Source of the DNA: Podarcis liolepis
Lineage: Eukaryota
Reading direction: 5' to 3' (one strand)
DNA length: 64,000 nucleotides
Assembly: GCA_965112155.1 (NCBI GenBank)
Contig: OZ218101.1
Shown here: piece by piece, positions 9,056-22,289 of the stretch
How the letters are laid out: the number at the start of each line of letters is the position of its first letter
How positions within the stretch are numbered: position 1 is the stretch's first letter
Made by a program: the position numbers and the translations under genes
The notes under the pieces: model-generated
The model's database searches: none
What the model saw: the letters and a program-made list of their open reading frames with translations, nothing else
What the model was told of the DNA's origin: nothing

Positions 9056-10636
9056 TCATTTTAGCTAGGGCTGTTAGAGGATCCAGTCCCCAATTTGCTT
9101 TGAACCTCCCCCTGCCCCCCTTTTTTGTCCTGTCACATGAATTCTTGGAACTGAGCATGGGCTACACATAACTTCCTGTGTAATATATTCGTGTGAAAAT
9201 TACATGCAAAAGCTGTCTGCCCCATCAGTTCAACATGAGGGCATCTGTAATGTTTTCAGATGCACCAGTAAAGACGGGTGTCATATTTCTTCAACACAGT
9301 TTTCATATTTTGTTTTATTTCTATACCACCCTATGCCCAAAGGTCTTTACTTTACTTTAACATGGTTCTGTTCCAAGATAGCAACCTCGCCACAACTCCC
9401 ACCTGCAGTCTCTCTTTGGCTGGGGCTCCACCCTCCTACTTAAAGCACCCAGAGGGTGTCTCTCTAAAACAAAACAAGCCTCTTAAAGAGATGTAACACT
9501 GGCCATTTGTATGCATAGCCCTTTATGCATAGAATTACACATTAAGTGACCGCACACCACATTTTAAAGGGCATTAAAAGCTGCTCCAAGCAGTTGTACC
9601 CTATTAAGAGGCAGGAAAGAAAGAACAGCCCTCAGTATCCCTCCTAACAATATCTCATTTTGTGTCTCTGTGCTAAGGTTGGTTTTTCTTTTTTAAAAAA
9701 AAGGATTTCCTGCATTTATCCTAAAAATATTGCACAGAAACAGGACAGGAGTACTTTAAGAAAGCCAAATGTGGAAAAAAGTGTGCAAGAGACTGGGACA
9801 GATTCATCCATCCCCTAATGTTAGTCCTTACTGTTATCTGGCTTTTAAGATCCCGCTGCCTTTTAGTTCTTGTGTCTTTTATTATCCAGCTGTAATATTT
9901 TTAATTTAATTGTTTTTTCAATTTTCTTTTATGAAAATTATCCATGTACTTTTTATTTTTAACTGACGGATAGTGTAATCATCATAATTGTTGTCATCAA
10001 CATAACCATCACCGACATCCATTATTTCCTCCAGCCAAACCAACCACTTTGCCAAGGTGTGAGATTGGGAGTTGGAGAGAAGCACATCAAAGAGAGAGGA
10101 GAGGGGATATTTTCTATCATGGACCAGCACAGTGACTCACCAGGATGGTACTGACATTGTGACCTCATTACAGCTTTGTGTAATTTCCCACATTAGCACA
10201 GAAATCTAATGAGTGGCTACAGCTTCTCTACTAAAGCTATTTCTAGTACTTTTGTTGCTTCTCCTCCCCCATTCAAAGCACATGCATGAGATGGTGGCAA
10301 TCTTTGCCCCTAACCTATTACCTAAACATGATCCACATGCAGAAACATATTTATAAGAGGGCAACTCAGGGTAGTTGCCTGGAGTGGCAGATCTGAGTGG
10401 CATCAGTAGCACCACCACTACCACCAACACATTCCCCTCCACCTATTTTCTCTCATTCTGGAGAAAATAGTTCTGGAGGGCCACAGTATTTCCCCTTGCG
10501 AGCATCCTGAACAAAGTACATGGTGGGTAGAAACTGGGCAGCCACTGGGCATTGACCAATGCAGAAAGCAACAGAATGTTTCTGGATGACCTCAGGATGG
10601 CCAGCTCAGCCTTCAAAAAGCCTCTTGAAACACTGA

Positions 10637-11062
10637 TGTTGTTGTTGTTTAGTCGTTTAGTCGTGTCCTACTCTTCGTGACCCCATGGACCAGAGCACGC
10701 CAGGCACTCCTGTCTTCTACTGCCTCCTGCAGTTTGGTCAAACTCATGCTGGTAGCTTTGAGAACACTATCCAACCATCTCGTCCTCTGTCGTCCCCTTC
10801 TCCTTGTGCCCTCCATCTTTCCCAACATCAGGGTCTTTTCCAGGGAGTCTTCTCCTCTCATGAGGTGGCCAAAGTATTGAAGCCTCAGCTTCAGGATCTG
10901 TCCTTCCAGTGAGCACTCAGGGCTGAATTCCTTAAGAATGGATAGGTTTGATCTTCTTGCAGTCCATGGGACTCTCAAGAGTCCAGCACCATAATTCAAA
11001 AGCATCAATTCTTCGGCAATCAGCCTTCTTTATGGTCCAGCTCTCACTTCCATACATCACTA
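10637..11062 (-). mobile_element. Bov-B (RTE) LINE 3' fragment
   Basis: LRVPWTARRSNLSILKE...LKLRLQYFGHLMR...LEKTLMLGKMEGTRRRGRQRTRWLD, plus a (CAA)n tail. Confidence 0.93.
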
Positions 11063-14000
11063 ATGTGAAAACCAGTGATATGCCAGAGCAACTCAAGTGA
11101 CAAGCAAGGTGCCTATAAAGCTGAATCAGGTTTGCCCTTTTGTCCATGCAACAAGAAGACTTGGATTTCTTCCTCTGACTTCTCCTTGTTTTGCATGACC
11201 ACATTTACCTTTGCTTTACCTTTGCTGAGCGCTTCCTTGACTTTCCCTCATTAGGAGACCCAAGTCTGAAAAGTATTTTTTAATATAACTTGGGGTGGGT
11301 GGAGATAAAATGTAAACCATAAAGTTATAGCTCAGAGGAGACGTCAAATCCAGAACTTGCTTCTTCTCTGTTGCAACTGAGCCTGGCTTTATGACCTTGA
11401 GATCCTTTAGCAGGGCTTATCTGTTCTCCCAGAAGTGCTTGAAAAACAGAAATGTTATTATCCCCTAGTTTTGCAGATGCTGTTGTTCTGTCAATTGTCA
11501 CTGGGCTATCACCTAGCAAAAGCATACTGGAGTGTCAGTGCTGTCTGCAAACCTCAGAACAAACATCACTCATTCTAATTAAACAGCACCCAGGGATTAT
11601 TTCTCCTTCTTTGTACCCTGCCATCACAAAATAAACTCGGAAAAGACCAAAACCTGCTGCTTAGATAACACATGCTAAAAAGACCTTACTGCTGTTGCAC
11701 ATGGAGCTCCCAACTGTCACACCGCCAGCTTTTGTCCTGCTCCAACCAACTATTAAATAAAAGAGGCCCATTAGAGACTGAAAAATCTCAGAATGATGCA
11801 AAAACAGGGACAGGAGACAGTGCACAGGAAGATGCTTTGAATATAGCAATGCCTGAATAATCAGAATGACTGGGTGTGTAAACAAAGACTCCATACTCCT
11901 GAATTTTTTACTTCTAGTATCTAGTCTAGTTTTCCCCAACAAAATGTTCCCATCATCCCTTTATGGATGTGGCTAATGGGAGTTATAGTCAAAAACATCC
12001 TTCAACCATGAGGTATTTCATACTGTTCATCTAAACTGAATTAAAATCTAAATCAAAACAGAACTCACTTCCATACACATTTTCACTGTATATTTTGAAT
12101 TCATGCCATCCAATGTTTGAACCCTATTCTCAGCCATCATCTATAATGTTTATAGTGATACATATTATATAAGCCAGGCTTTTGCTCTTTCCAATATGGT
12201 GCCTTCTGGGTGTTGCTTGACTCCAACTCTCACCATGGACAATGATAAGAGATGATGGAATTTATAGTCCAACAAGGAGACCAGGTTGGGGAAATACTCG
12301 AAGGGCTTGTGACAAGATTCTCAACTTAGCCACTGTATCTTGCATCTTTTAAGGATGAAGAGAGACATTCTAGTATGCAATGGAGGCTCTTTGAACCCAT
12401 AGCCACTGCATTTTGTCACATTTATTTTCAGAGAATATGAGTTCAAAAAGTATTTATCACATTTTGTCATCAGTTTTACCAGTCTGCCTGGGCAGACCTG
12501 CCCTTGAGCCCGCTGTCATTGGAAAACCTAATGGGGCCATTCCAGGTCAAGAATCAGTCTTTCTCCTGTGACTTAAACCTCTGTCAACTTAACTTTATTA
12601 CGAAGTTCTTGTTCTGTATCTCCCAACCTACAGTCCTGTCCAGTTCGCCCTTAGGTTTGTGCTATTCCCCCCATTCCACAGCTATGATTTCACTAACTTT
12701 GTCTCTGATCCCATCCCATATAGATGAACATTTGTGATGCATTCCTAATTTGTCATTCTTCCTCTTTCCTCCAGAAAGCCAGTCTTGAAGCGTTATTCTT
12801 AAGCAGCACAACACTATGTAATAGCAATGAAGAAAGCCAGCTGGCAGGTTTGTTATTGTTGCTGTTGTTCCTTATATTATTGTAGCAAATGCATGCTTAG
12901 TCATTCCTGCCATCTGCTGCACAAGCATTATTTAATAGAAGCACGGCAACTACCTGGCTATGGCTGGTGTTAAATTGTCTATAGAAACGGAGGTGGGGGG
13001 AGCAGGAAGAGGCAACATGACAGCATAAAAATAGAGTGCCTGAAGATGGAGGCACACAGTAAAAATGAAGCAAGGGGGAATCACCTGAAGAAAGCCAGAA
13101 TGCAGGTTTCCTACTATTTGAATGATGCTTTTTCTTTTACCCGTTAATGAAGAAATATTGCTGCTGTTACACTTGTAGAAAATCAAAATCAAGACTAAAC
13201 ATGTAGAATTGCTCTCTGACTCTAAAATCAGTGGGACATATGAAGGGGATAATTATGTGCTGGCAACTTTACTTGACTCACTGATTCAAGGATGATTTCC
13301 TAAAAATTGCTGGCAGTTGTCATCTAGTTCCTCTTAGCTACATTTTCTTCCCTGACAGGATAAGAAAATTACATGAGGGAAAATGACTTTTAAACTTTCA
13401 GGGCAAAAAAAAAAAAAGCAGCTGACTTTTTCAAAATATTAGCGAACAGGCCGCCATCGTGAGAGTTGCCACTGGGCAACAGCACCCACTGCTTCAATAT
13501 ACCCATGATAATTGCTGTAATTAACATAGAAAGTGATGAGACAGAGATGAATGCATGCAAAATAGGCAGATCTAGGCAAAAGTCCTTAATCCTGGGTTGT
13601 CTGCTGCTAGTGATGTTTGAGCTTTCCCGCTAGCTATTGCAAAGGCGGGACACGTGTGCTCTGTAATTGTAAAGGCTGGGCTACTAATTCATGTCTCTTT
13701 CACATGTTTTCACCCATAAACCCATCCTCTTCATTTCTGCACAGATTTGAACGAAATAAAAACTATGCTTGGGTATTTGAAATTAAACAGTGTTTTTTAA
13801 AAAATACAATTTTATCACAACACATGTTTTAAAATGTACTTTTATGCTTTTTCAGCTTGGAACATTTGGGAAATGTAAAAGCTGAGAGAAAAGTAAGTTT
13901 CATCTGCACATCAGTCTGAAACCTGTGGATCGGGTCAGCTCATATCAGAATTTGCAAAGATCAAATTCCTCACGCATCCCTATTTATGTATTTCTTACAT

Positions 14001-16903
14001 TTATATCCCTCCTCTCTCCCATCAAGAAACCCAAGGCAGAAAATATGGTTCCTAGGCAGTCACCCATCCAGGCATTGACCAGACCAAGACACGCTTAAGT
14101 TCAGTAAGGTGGTCACCTCAGGTACATTCAGACCATACACTGTGACTTTTCCACGTGTCTCAATTGCTGTAGTCTTTCTCCTCCTGCTGCTGCTGAATTG
14201 ATTTACCAGTGTGTGCAGAAGAGCTATTGCCTGAAAACTCAGGAGATAATGAATGAATGTGTCATTCACTCACTCTGTATGTAAAATAAAACTAGATAGT
14301 AGGCCATTGATTATGGAACAAGCAAGTCCTTTTCTAATGTCCCTCTAAGACACTCCTCTTCTAGGTCTCCAGACCCATATTTGTTGCACTGCCTGGGTCT
14401 GGGATCACTCAGATGACACCTTTACCCAATACAGAAGGATTTGTGCCTGCTAGTCAGGTTTCTTCCCTTGTCACATCCAGCCTGGCTCCTACACTTTGGC
14501 AGGAGTGTGGCGATCTAGGTGTGTTCTGATAGGAGAATAGAGTCATGATTGTCCTTGATTCATTTTCATGAAAAGACCTATGCACATGCATCTGTGTATA
14601 GGGCTTTCTGACAATGCACAGCTGGCGGGGGGATCCTTGGCATCTGGGGTCATGACCAATGGGCAGAAGGCTTTGACAGAACAATGGCACCATGGGACTT
14701 GTAAGGCAGTACTGCATAAAAATCAAAACATCCCCCTATTGTTTAGTGGGTGCACCTGGTTTGTCACAAGGAGATGATGGCCATGGGAAATCATTTAATG
14801 CTGCAATCCTATAACAACTTACATGTGATTAAGCACACTGAGCTCAGTGGGACTTATTTCTGAGTAGACAAGTTTAGGTTTGTGCTGCAAAGCACTGTTT
14901 ATGTGGTGGCAACCACTCATTCTGTGTGCACCACCCTAAACACCAAAGTTATACAGCAGCAAGTAATTGGAGGGGAATGGTACGTATGTCTGGCAATATT
15001 TCACAGCTTCAGCACTGGGAATCCCAGTTCAGGGTCTTTTGGCTACCCTATATTATCAAACACTGCATGCATATTCTGTTCAGCAGAGCTGCGGCAAAAT
15101 CTCTCTTATGCAACCAGTTGAAATGCCTATACCAATGACAAGCATTTATTTCCAATTTTCTCATCCAGCTGTCTGTCTGCAACACACATATTTTAAATGT
15201 GGTTCTGGGTTTTTTGTTTTTTTTAAACAATTTTACTTGTTTTCTAAGATCTGTAAAATATATCTATTAACCACATTTTATTACAGGTTTTTCTAGGGCA
15301 GGTAGCAAAGGAAAAATGAAATCACTGCGAACCACAGGTTGTATCCAGGCATTCTTATTCTAGAAGGGCTTATTTTTTGAACGCAGACACCTGTCCCAAA
15401 CAAGCATGGTAGCAATGGTTTGGACTGCAGAGGCCACTCTTATAACATATATCTTTGTATGCATAGGAAATCTTTTTATGTGGGCATGGGAAAGCACCTT
15501 TGTGTGTAATACCTGGCATAAGGAGCATAGCACCTTATTTATTCTTTAGGGGTCTGGTTCAACTAAACCAGTGTGCTAGCAGAAGTCAATGAAAGGACCC
15601 CTACTAGCACAATAGAGCTTTCCCCCCACCTCCTCTCAATGCCCCCTGCAACTCCCCAAAAACTTCTCTGGGAGGTTGGGAAAACTCCCAGAACAGTACA
15701 ATGGCAGGAGGGGGTGGGGAGCTGGTTCCGTCCAGCAAGTAGAAATGGTTGCACTAATGGAATGATCATATTACTGTGACATTGAATTCCACCCTGAATT
15801 TATATCCTCTTTGTCAGAAGACCTCAGAGCAGGTTACAAGATTAAAAGCAGTAGAATAACAACCAGCTAACAAAAGCACACAAGAGCAACAACCCACATC
15901 CAGAGCTGGGGAGTTATTAAAGATGAGGAGTATAAGCCTAAGTAATTAATGTAATATCCAAACTCCTTAAGAAATATTAGCTATACTAAGTTTCATGCTA
16001 CTGTAACTGGATAGATGGGAAAAAAACCCAAGCCTCTCTTTCTCTCTTATGGAGCATCTTCAGCCGAGGGCCTAATATTTAGAAAGCATTAATGTGATCA
16101 AGTGGAGTAAAATGAAGATTAAAATGTGTCTAAGCTGCCTACTGAAAAGAATAAAATATTTCTCAGCTTCATAGCCTCTACCTTTATGAGAATCTTAAAA
16201 ACCTGTTCGCAATGGAAAGCTATAATTCTCCTCCTCCTAATAGCCTCAATATGCATCAGAAACAGTACAGCAAGGTTAAGGGAGTCTGACAAGCATTAAG
16301 TGAGATTATCTTCTACATACCAAACAGTGGATAGCAACTGTTGTATCTTAAAATGTGGATGAAACTTGAAATCGAAACTGTCAGAACCTTCTTCTGTAAG
16401 AGAGATAGAGCCTCAGCCTCTTTCATTCTTACCGATAATTGTCAAAACGGGGATATTGCTGTGTGGGACAAAGAAGGGCAAAAGAAATTTGAAATAAATG
16501 GAAAACTGTTGCTGGAGAGAATGTGGTATGCGTAACGAGGCACAAGAGTCATGGAATTTCATGTTAATGAGTTGGGGTTGTCGGAGATGGGAGCCCGCGT
16601 GGGAATTTGGGCACATGGAAAGAGCATTTCAAGGAAAGATATTTCTGCTATAGACCAAGCAGATGACCTGCCTTGTCACCCTAATCATCATCTCTTTGAT
16701 TTATGTGCCTAATGGCCTTCTTTACCCAGCATCTGGTCTGAATGAACATTGTGAGCTTTCTGCTAATTAGTTAGAAGTACAAACCAGGGTCAATCTTTTC
16801 AAAGGAGCTTCCTTTGAAACTTCTCTTCTTGGTTCCTGGGGAAGGAACCAAGGAATTATTTTCCTCAAACACCAAGAAATACTTCACTAAATGTACACTT
16901 GAC

Positions 16904-16929
16904 GTGTGTGTGTGTGTGTGTGTGTGTGT
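16904..16929. repeat. (GT)n microsatellite
   Basis: Seen directly. Confidence 0.9.
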
Positions 16930-17188
16930 CTTAACTCAGTGGTGAATGCATCATATTGTAGAATATAGACTGGTGACCAAGTACAGAAAAATGTTGAAAC
17001 TGACCAATTGGATTCTTAAAATAGATGTAGGTTATGTCATTAGCAGGTCACAGATTTGGCATCTAAAATGGTTACAAATTATGCCGGGAGCTTCCAGATA
17101 TTCATCATTTGTGGTTGGGATTCAATCACAAATGGTATGGGATTCAATCACATACCAGTAGATTCAGGTTGTGCTAATAAAGTTGACT

Positions 17189-17550
17189 TAGAATCATAGA
17201 ATCATAGAATCATAGAGTTGGAATAGACCACAAGGGCCATCGAGTCCAACCCCCTGCCAAGCAGGAAACACCATCAGAGCACTCCTGACATATGGTTGTC
17301 AAGCCTCTGCTTAAAGACCTCCAAAGAAGGAGACTCCACCACACTCCTTGGCAGCAAATTCCACTGTTGAACAGCTCTGTCAGGAAGTTCCTCCTAATGT
17401 TTAGGTGGAATCTTCTTTCTTGTAGTTTGGATCCATTGCTCCGTGTCCGCTTCTCTGGAGCAGCAGAAAACAACCTTTCTCCCTCCTCTATATGACATCC
17501 TTTAATATATATTTGAACATGGTTATCATATCACCCCTTAACCTCCTCTT
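17189..17550 (-). mobile_element. CR1 LINE 3' fragment
   Basis: (ATTCTATG)n tail, and ORF2 C-terminus RTRSNGSKLQERRFHLNIRRNFLT. Confidence 0.92.
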
Positions 17551-17685
17551 AGGACCAACTGAACTGAACACGCTTAGGACCAACTGAACCATGTTCAACC
17601 ACTGTTCACATGGAATAACAAATGCATTTCCCACTCTAAACTGAACTTTTTGTGTTAAGGAAAGTGATGGTAAAATGGACTAGAA

Positions 17686-17821
17686 CAGGCACCCCCAACC
17701 TGTGGCCCTCCAGATGTTTTGGCCTACAACTCCCACAATCCCTAGCTAACAGGACCAGTGGTCAGGGATGATGGGAACTGTAGTCCAAAACATCTGGAGG
17801 GCTGAAGGTTGGGGATGCCTG
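17686..17821. mobile_element. hAT (Charlie-like) MITE, 136 bp
   Basis: Termini CAGGCACCCC.../...GGGGATGCCTG, a near-palindromic body, and a perfect 8-bp TSD GACTAGAA with central TA. Confidence 0.9.
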
Positions 17822-18604
17822 GACTAGAAGGTAGTACTTGACACAATTTCATTTAAACTCCATGCAAACAAATCAAAATGAATGTTAAATAAATAGCCCT
17901 CATCATCTAACCCCCTCACACATTTTGGGCATATAAGTCAGACTGAATGCTCAAGAAAGAGGTCAGCTGCAAGCAGACTCATGCTGTGCCTTTCGAAACA
18001 ATAAATAAATAAATAATTCTAAAAGTCATTTTCTTGCCTTAAAGAACAATATGCTGCAAATCTCCATATTGCCCCAAATGTAATCAAACCAGTTTCTACT
18101 TCAGGTTCATACATTTATCTTGAACTTTATCCGAAGTACACAGGGTTATCCTCATGACTTCCAGCATGCTCAAATTCCCACAATAATGCATCATGCAATT
18201 TATTTATAATTGCTGCCATTCCACATCTTCTCACTTTCCCATTTCTTGGTCTGACCTTTTTCAATGAGCTCATCATCACAGCTACCAGGAAAACGAACAT
18301 ACCAAAAGATGCTAAATTATAGCCAGAATTGCCTATTAATGAACTCCCTGAATATTGTTGTCTTGCTTCATAAAGTGCTGGTTTATTCAGACTGACAGAA
18401 TGTCCTTCAGATTAGGTCAGCTCTAGTGATTGTGAAACCTGGAGGAATAATTCTATTTTCAAGCCTTATTGCCTATTTGAATTTCTGCAAATCTGTTTGC
18501 TCCATCATTCCTCAAATATCAATTCTTCACTTCAGTTAAAGATCCAAATGGATTTTTCCACATATTGCTTTTGCAGGTCAATGTTCCTTAGGTTTATTTT
18601 ATGT

Positions 18605-18790
18605 ATAACATTTATATCCCACCTTCTCTTCATGAAATTCTACCCTCCCTACATGTTACCCCTCTGCTGTACCTACATAATAACCCTACGATGTAGATTA
18701 TGCTGCAATGTGACTGGCCCAAGGTTGCCCAATGAGCTTCCTGGCTGAGTGCAAATTTGAACCTGGCTCTCTCCAACCACTACACTATAT
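18605..18790 (-). mobile_element. Old MIR/Squam3-like CORE-SINE remnant
   Basis: Reverse CORE-like GTGACTGGCCCAAGGT and reverse B-box TTTGAACC; resembles 42833-43096. Confidence 0.55.
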
Positions 18791-19269
18791 TGCATCTCAT
18801 GCAGAGAGTCTGCTATTATGGACTGCGTGATTTGGCTGGCATAGCTTGTCTGCCAAAAATTGTGGTCACCATGGCCTGGACCCTCTCTGAACTTGGTGGG
18901 ATATATTCTTTGATGTAACATGTTTAGACTGTGAGGTGAGAAATTGTGCATTATCCCCATCTCAGGAAGGACACAGACACTCATCCTTATTGTGCTGCAA
19001 TTCAGAGACTGAGACTACTTCAAAAACACAGTATGAGGTCAGGTTGGCATAAGTGTGTAGGCCCATAAGACTTACTAGAGGTGGAAGGCATTCACCATTA
19101 TGGGGAGTGTGATATATAAATATTTTTGCCCCAGTCTTACTGAGTATCAAGAAATAAATGACTGAGAATAATAACCAAATTACTTTTACTGGTGCAAAGG
19201 TACTATTAGCCATCTCATATAGATGCAACCAGAAGGTCTGTCTCCACACCAAGGAAAAGTGAAGTAACA

Positions 19270-19480
19270 TAGGTACGCAAACAGCACTCATGCAATTGCT
19301 CATAGGTTGCATCTTGTGCAGATGTCAGATGATGTGAACAAACTTCCTTGGGGAGTGCATTCAAATGGGGAGCCACCACAGAAAAGGCCTGTTCTTGTGT
19401 TGCCACCCTTAGGATCTCAAGATGATCATCATGGGGTATGGATTGGTTCATATGGGGAGAGGCAATCCTTGAGATATTTG
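19270..19480 (-). mobile_element. Degenerate L2 3' fragment
   Basis: VATQEQAFSVVAP..NALPKEV resembles QRAFSVVVPALWNALP in the younger L2. Confidence 0.6.
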
Positions 19481-19657
19481 GACTTCCAGGGTGTTTTGGA
19501 CTACAGCTTCCATCAACCTGGCCATGCTGGCTGAGGTTGTTTTGGGAGCTGTATTCCAAAGCAGCTGGAAGGCTATTCCTAGGTTCACCACACAGTGTTT
19601 AGGGAAATTTATCTCTGTTCCAAAGCTGCTATCTAAGCAGCAGGATGTGAAAGTTTA

Positions 19658-20009
19658 AAAGGTAAAGGGACCCCTGACTATTAGGTCCAGTCGTGACCGA
19701 CTCTGGGGTTGCGGCGCTCATCTCATTTTATTGGCCGAGGGAGCCGGCGTACAGCTTCCGGGTCATGTGACCAGCATGACTAAGCTGCTTCTGGCGAACC
19801 AGAGCAGTGCATGGAAACACCGTTTACCTTCCCGCCAGAGCGGTACCTATTTATCTACTTGCACTTTGATGTGCTTTTGAACTGCTAGGTTGGCAGGAGC
19901 AGGGACAGAGCAACAGGAGCTCACCCCATTGCGGGGATTTGAACCGCTGACCTTCTGATTGGCAAGTCCGAGGCTCTGTGGTTTAACCCACAGCGCCACC
20001 TGCTTTCCT
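19658..20009 (-). mobile_element. Sauria SINE, full length
   Basis: ACCTTT-type tail, tRNA-related head, and 12-bp TSD TGTGAAAGTTTA (19646-19657 and 20010-20021). Confidence 0.9.
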
Positions 20010-21887
20010 TGTGAAAGTTTAGGGCAATGTTAATCTTTGCCACTAGTCCCTCCTGAACACCAAGAGGTCAAGATGTTCAAAGCCTTAATTCTACTGTTCA
20101 TGATGCTTCTGCAGGTCATCTGACCAGCACATGTGAGGATCCTGCTGCAGGTACCCTCATGATTGCATGACAGAGACCAAGGAATCTGTCAGCTACAACC
20201 TAGGTTGCACAATCTTATTATTACTATTACTATTACTAATCTCATTGGCTTTTTATTCTTAAATTGGATTTTCTTTCTTTCATCTGTGTATTTTATTCCA
20301 GATTGCTGAATCATGTCACCAAATATCATGGAATCTGATGACACAGGAGACATGTGGAAATGGTCAAGTAGCCACCATGCTAATTAACAGCAGTGGCTAT
20401 AAAACTCTCTGATATTTCAAAAGTGTAAGTGACTTGGTGATGTCCAGAACTTTCAAAGCAGGGATCAAAACAGCCGAAACTGCAATTCAGTTTGAATTCC
20501 TTGCTTGATAATATTTGGCAAAAAGTCTAGCTATCTGTGACCAAACCTTTATCCATCTTTGCACGCAATAAGTAGTGGGCAATTATGGAACCACCTTAAG
20601 GAATGTAGATTGCACAGAAGAAACATGTATTTTTCTTCTTCTTTTTCAAGGTATGTGCTTTTATTGTATCCACTGTACTTAGAACATGGTACAAAAATAA
20701 GAGATGGGAGCCATACAAGCTGGCAAGTTAAAATTAGTTTTGAGAAAGTGGAAGTGTTGATTACTTTGAATGCTCATTCTTTTAAACTTTAAAGGTTTAA
20801 AAAAATTCAGCATGGGTTTATGTCAGTGCTATACAATGCAGTCATAACTGTTTGGAAATCCATATTAAGCAAGGTAAATGACAGTCATTTTTAATTACGT
20901 AAACAGTATGAATGTGATCAGTAGTTAGTTATGCAGTATGATATTTCCTTTGCTTCTTAAAAGTGAAAGGGGGGGAAGTATAATGACTCCTTGGGGAAAG
21001 TTATCTGTTCTAAGCATCTATACTCCGTGAAACCGTGGCTTTGTAAGACTTCATGCATTAGAAACAGGAGTGCTGAGAGCTCTTGATTTAAGCATTGTTT
21101 CCTTGTAATCAGAAGACAAACACAATGGAATTAAAAACTAATGGTTGTTTTTTTCTGTTTGACAGCGAGTGAGAAAAATGTTTTGTTTTGTTTTTGAACA
21201 TTAGCTGGTATGGAAAAGTACAAATGCAAATTAAGCAGATGCCTTCAATACTTTTTTCACAGATTCCACTGTGTGTTCTGTCTTTTTCAAATAACCACTT
21301 TAAACATTGTGCCAGAAAAGCAAAAAACAAAACAAAAAATCCTGACAATTGTAGTAGGAAAACACAAGGTAGGTCCCCCACCATTTTTTTTTAATGAACA
21401 AGAACTGTAGCCTTTTATATCTAATTTTGTAGTGTATTTTGTTTAAAACTGGGTTTACTCCCAAGTATGTAGTGTTAGGATTGCAGCCTTAATCTGCTTC
21501 TCACTGTGAATTTTTGTTCCTTTCACATTGGCTCAAAACGAGTTTTAAAGCTGTCAGACACAAAATCATGTTTACTACAAATATTTATAACATAAGTTAG
21601 CTCGGGCATTATGTTTCAACACACACACAAAACCATTTTCCTCATTGAAATATACATTTATGATATAAATAAAATGTTACAATAAAGCATGACTTATTCA
21701 TGGTTAAATGGCATTACACTGACTGAAGGAATAATTCAAAGAATTCAAGACACAAAAAGCAAGCTATCAACGGTACGCTAAACAAGACAGGATAACATTT
21801 ATATACAGAATTGTGAAATTGAGCTAGCAAGATCAGCTGAAATCCTAGCCTCACTTACCTGGGAATAAGCCCCACTGAATTCAATGG

Positions 21888-22069
21888 CACCTTAAAGACC
21901 AACTAAGTTAGTTCTTGGTATGAGCTTTCGTGTGCATGCACACTTCAGATACACGAAAGCATGCACACGAAAGCTCATACCAAGAACTAACTTAGTTGGT
22001 CTTTAAGGTGCTACTGGAAGGAATTTTTTTATTTTGACTATGGCAGACCAACACGGCTACCTATCTACT
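21888..22069 (+). mobile_element. Penelope-like element terminal remnant with an inverted partial copy
   Basis: Perfect 53-bp inverted repeat (21887-21939 and 21959-22011), ending ...GCAGACCAACACGGCTACCTATCT. 14-bp TSD ACTGAATTCAATGG (21874-21887 and 22070-22083). Confidence 0.75.
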
Positions 22070-22289
22070 ACTGAATTCAATGGGACATACTTCTGAGGAG
22101 AAATGGTTAGAATGATAGCCATAGATAGCTTTGTGATAGGCCTTTAGCCACATATTTAAGTTTGTATTTGAGGTACTACAAGACTCTTTGTATTGCTGTA
22201 AAAGACTAAAAGGGTGACCCCTCTGGAAATTGATTAAGTTTGAAAGGAAACACACATGAAGGGTAAGTGATTTATAAATATCCATTGAT

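Noticed and set aside
8707-9171. 154-aa ORF as a host gene
   Set aside because: It overlaps a decayed L2 fragment and has no homology beyond it.
16341-16535. 64-aa ORF as an exon or L1 C-terminus
   Set aside because: No recognisable motif or splice-site pair.
20270-20410. Polypyrimidine tract plus AG as a host exon start
   Set aside because: No convincing donor, and no frame gives a recognisable protein.
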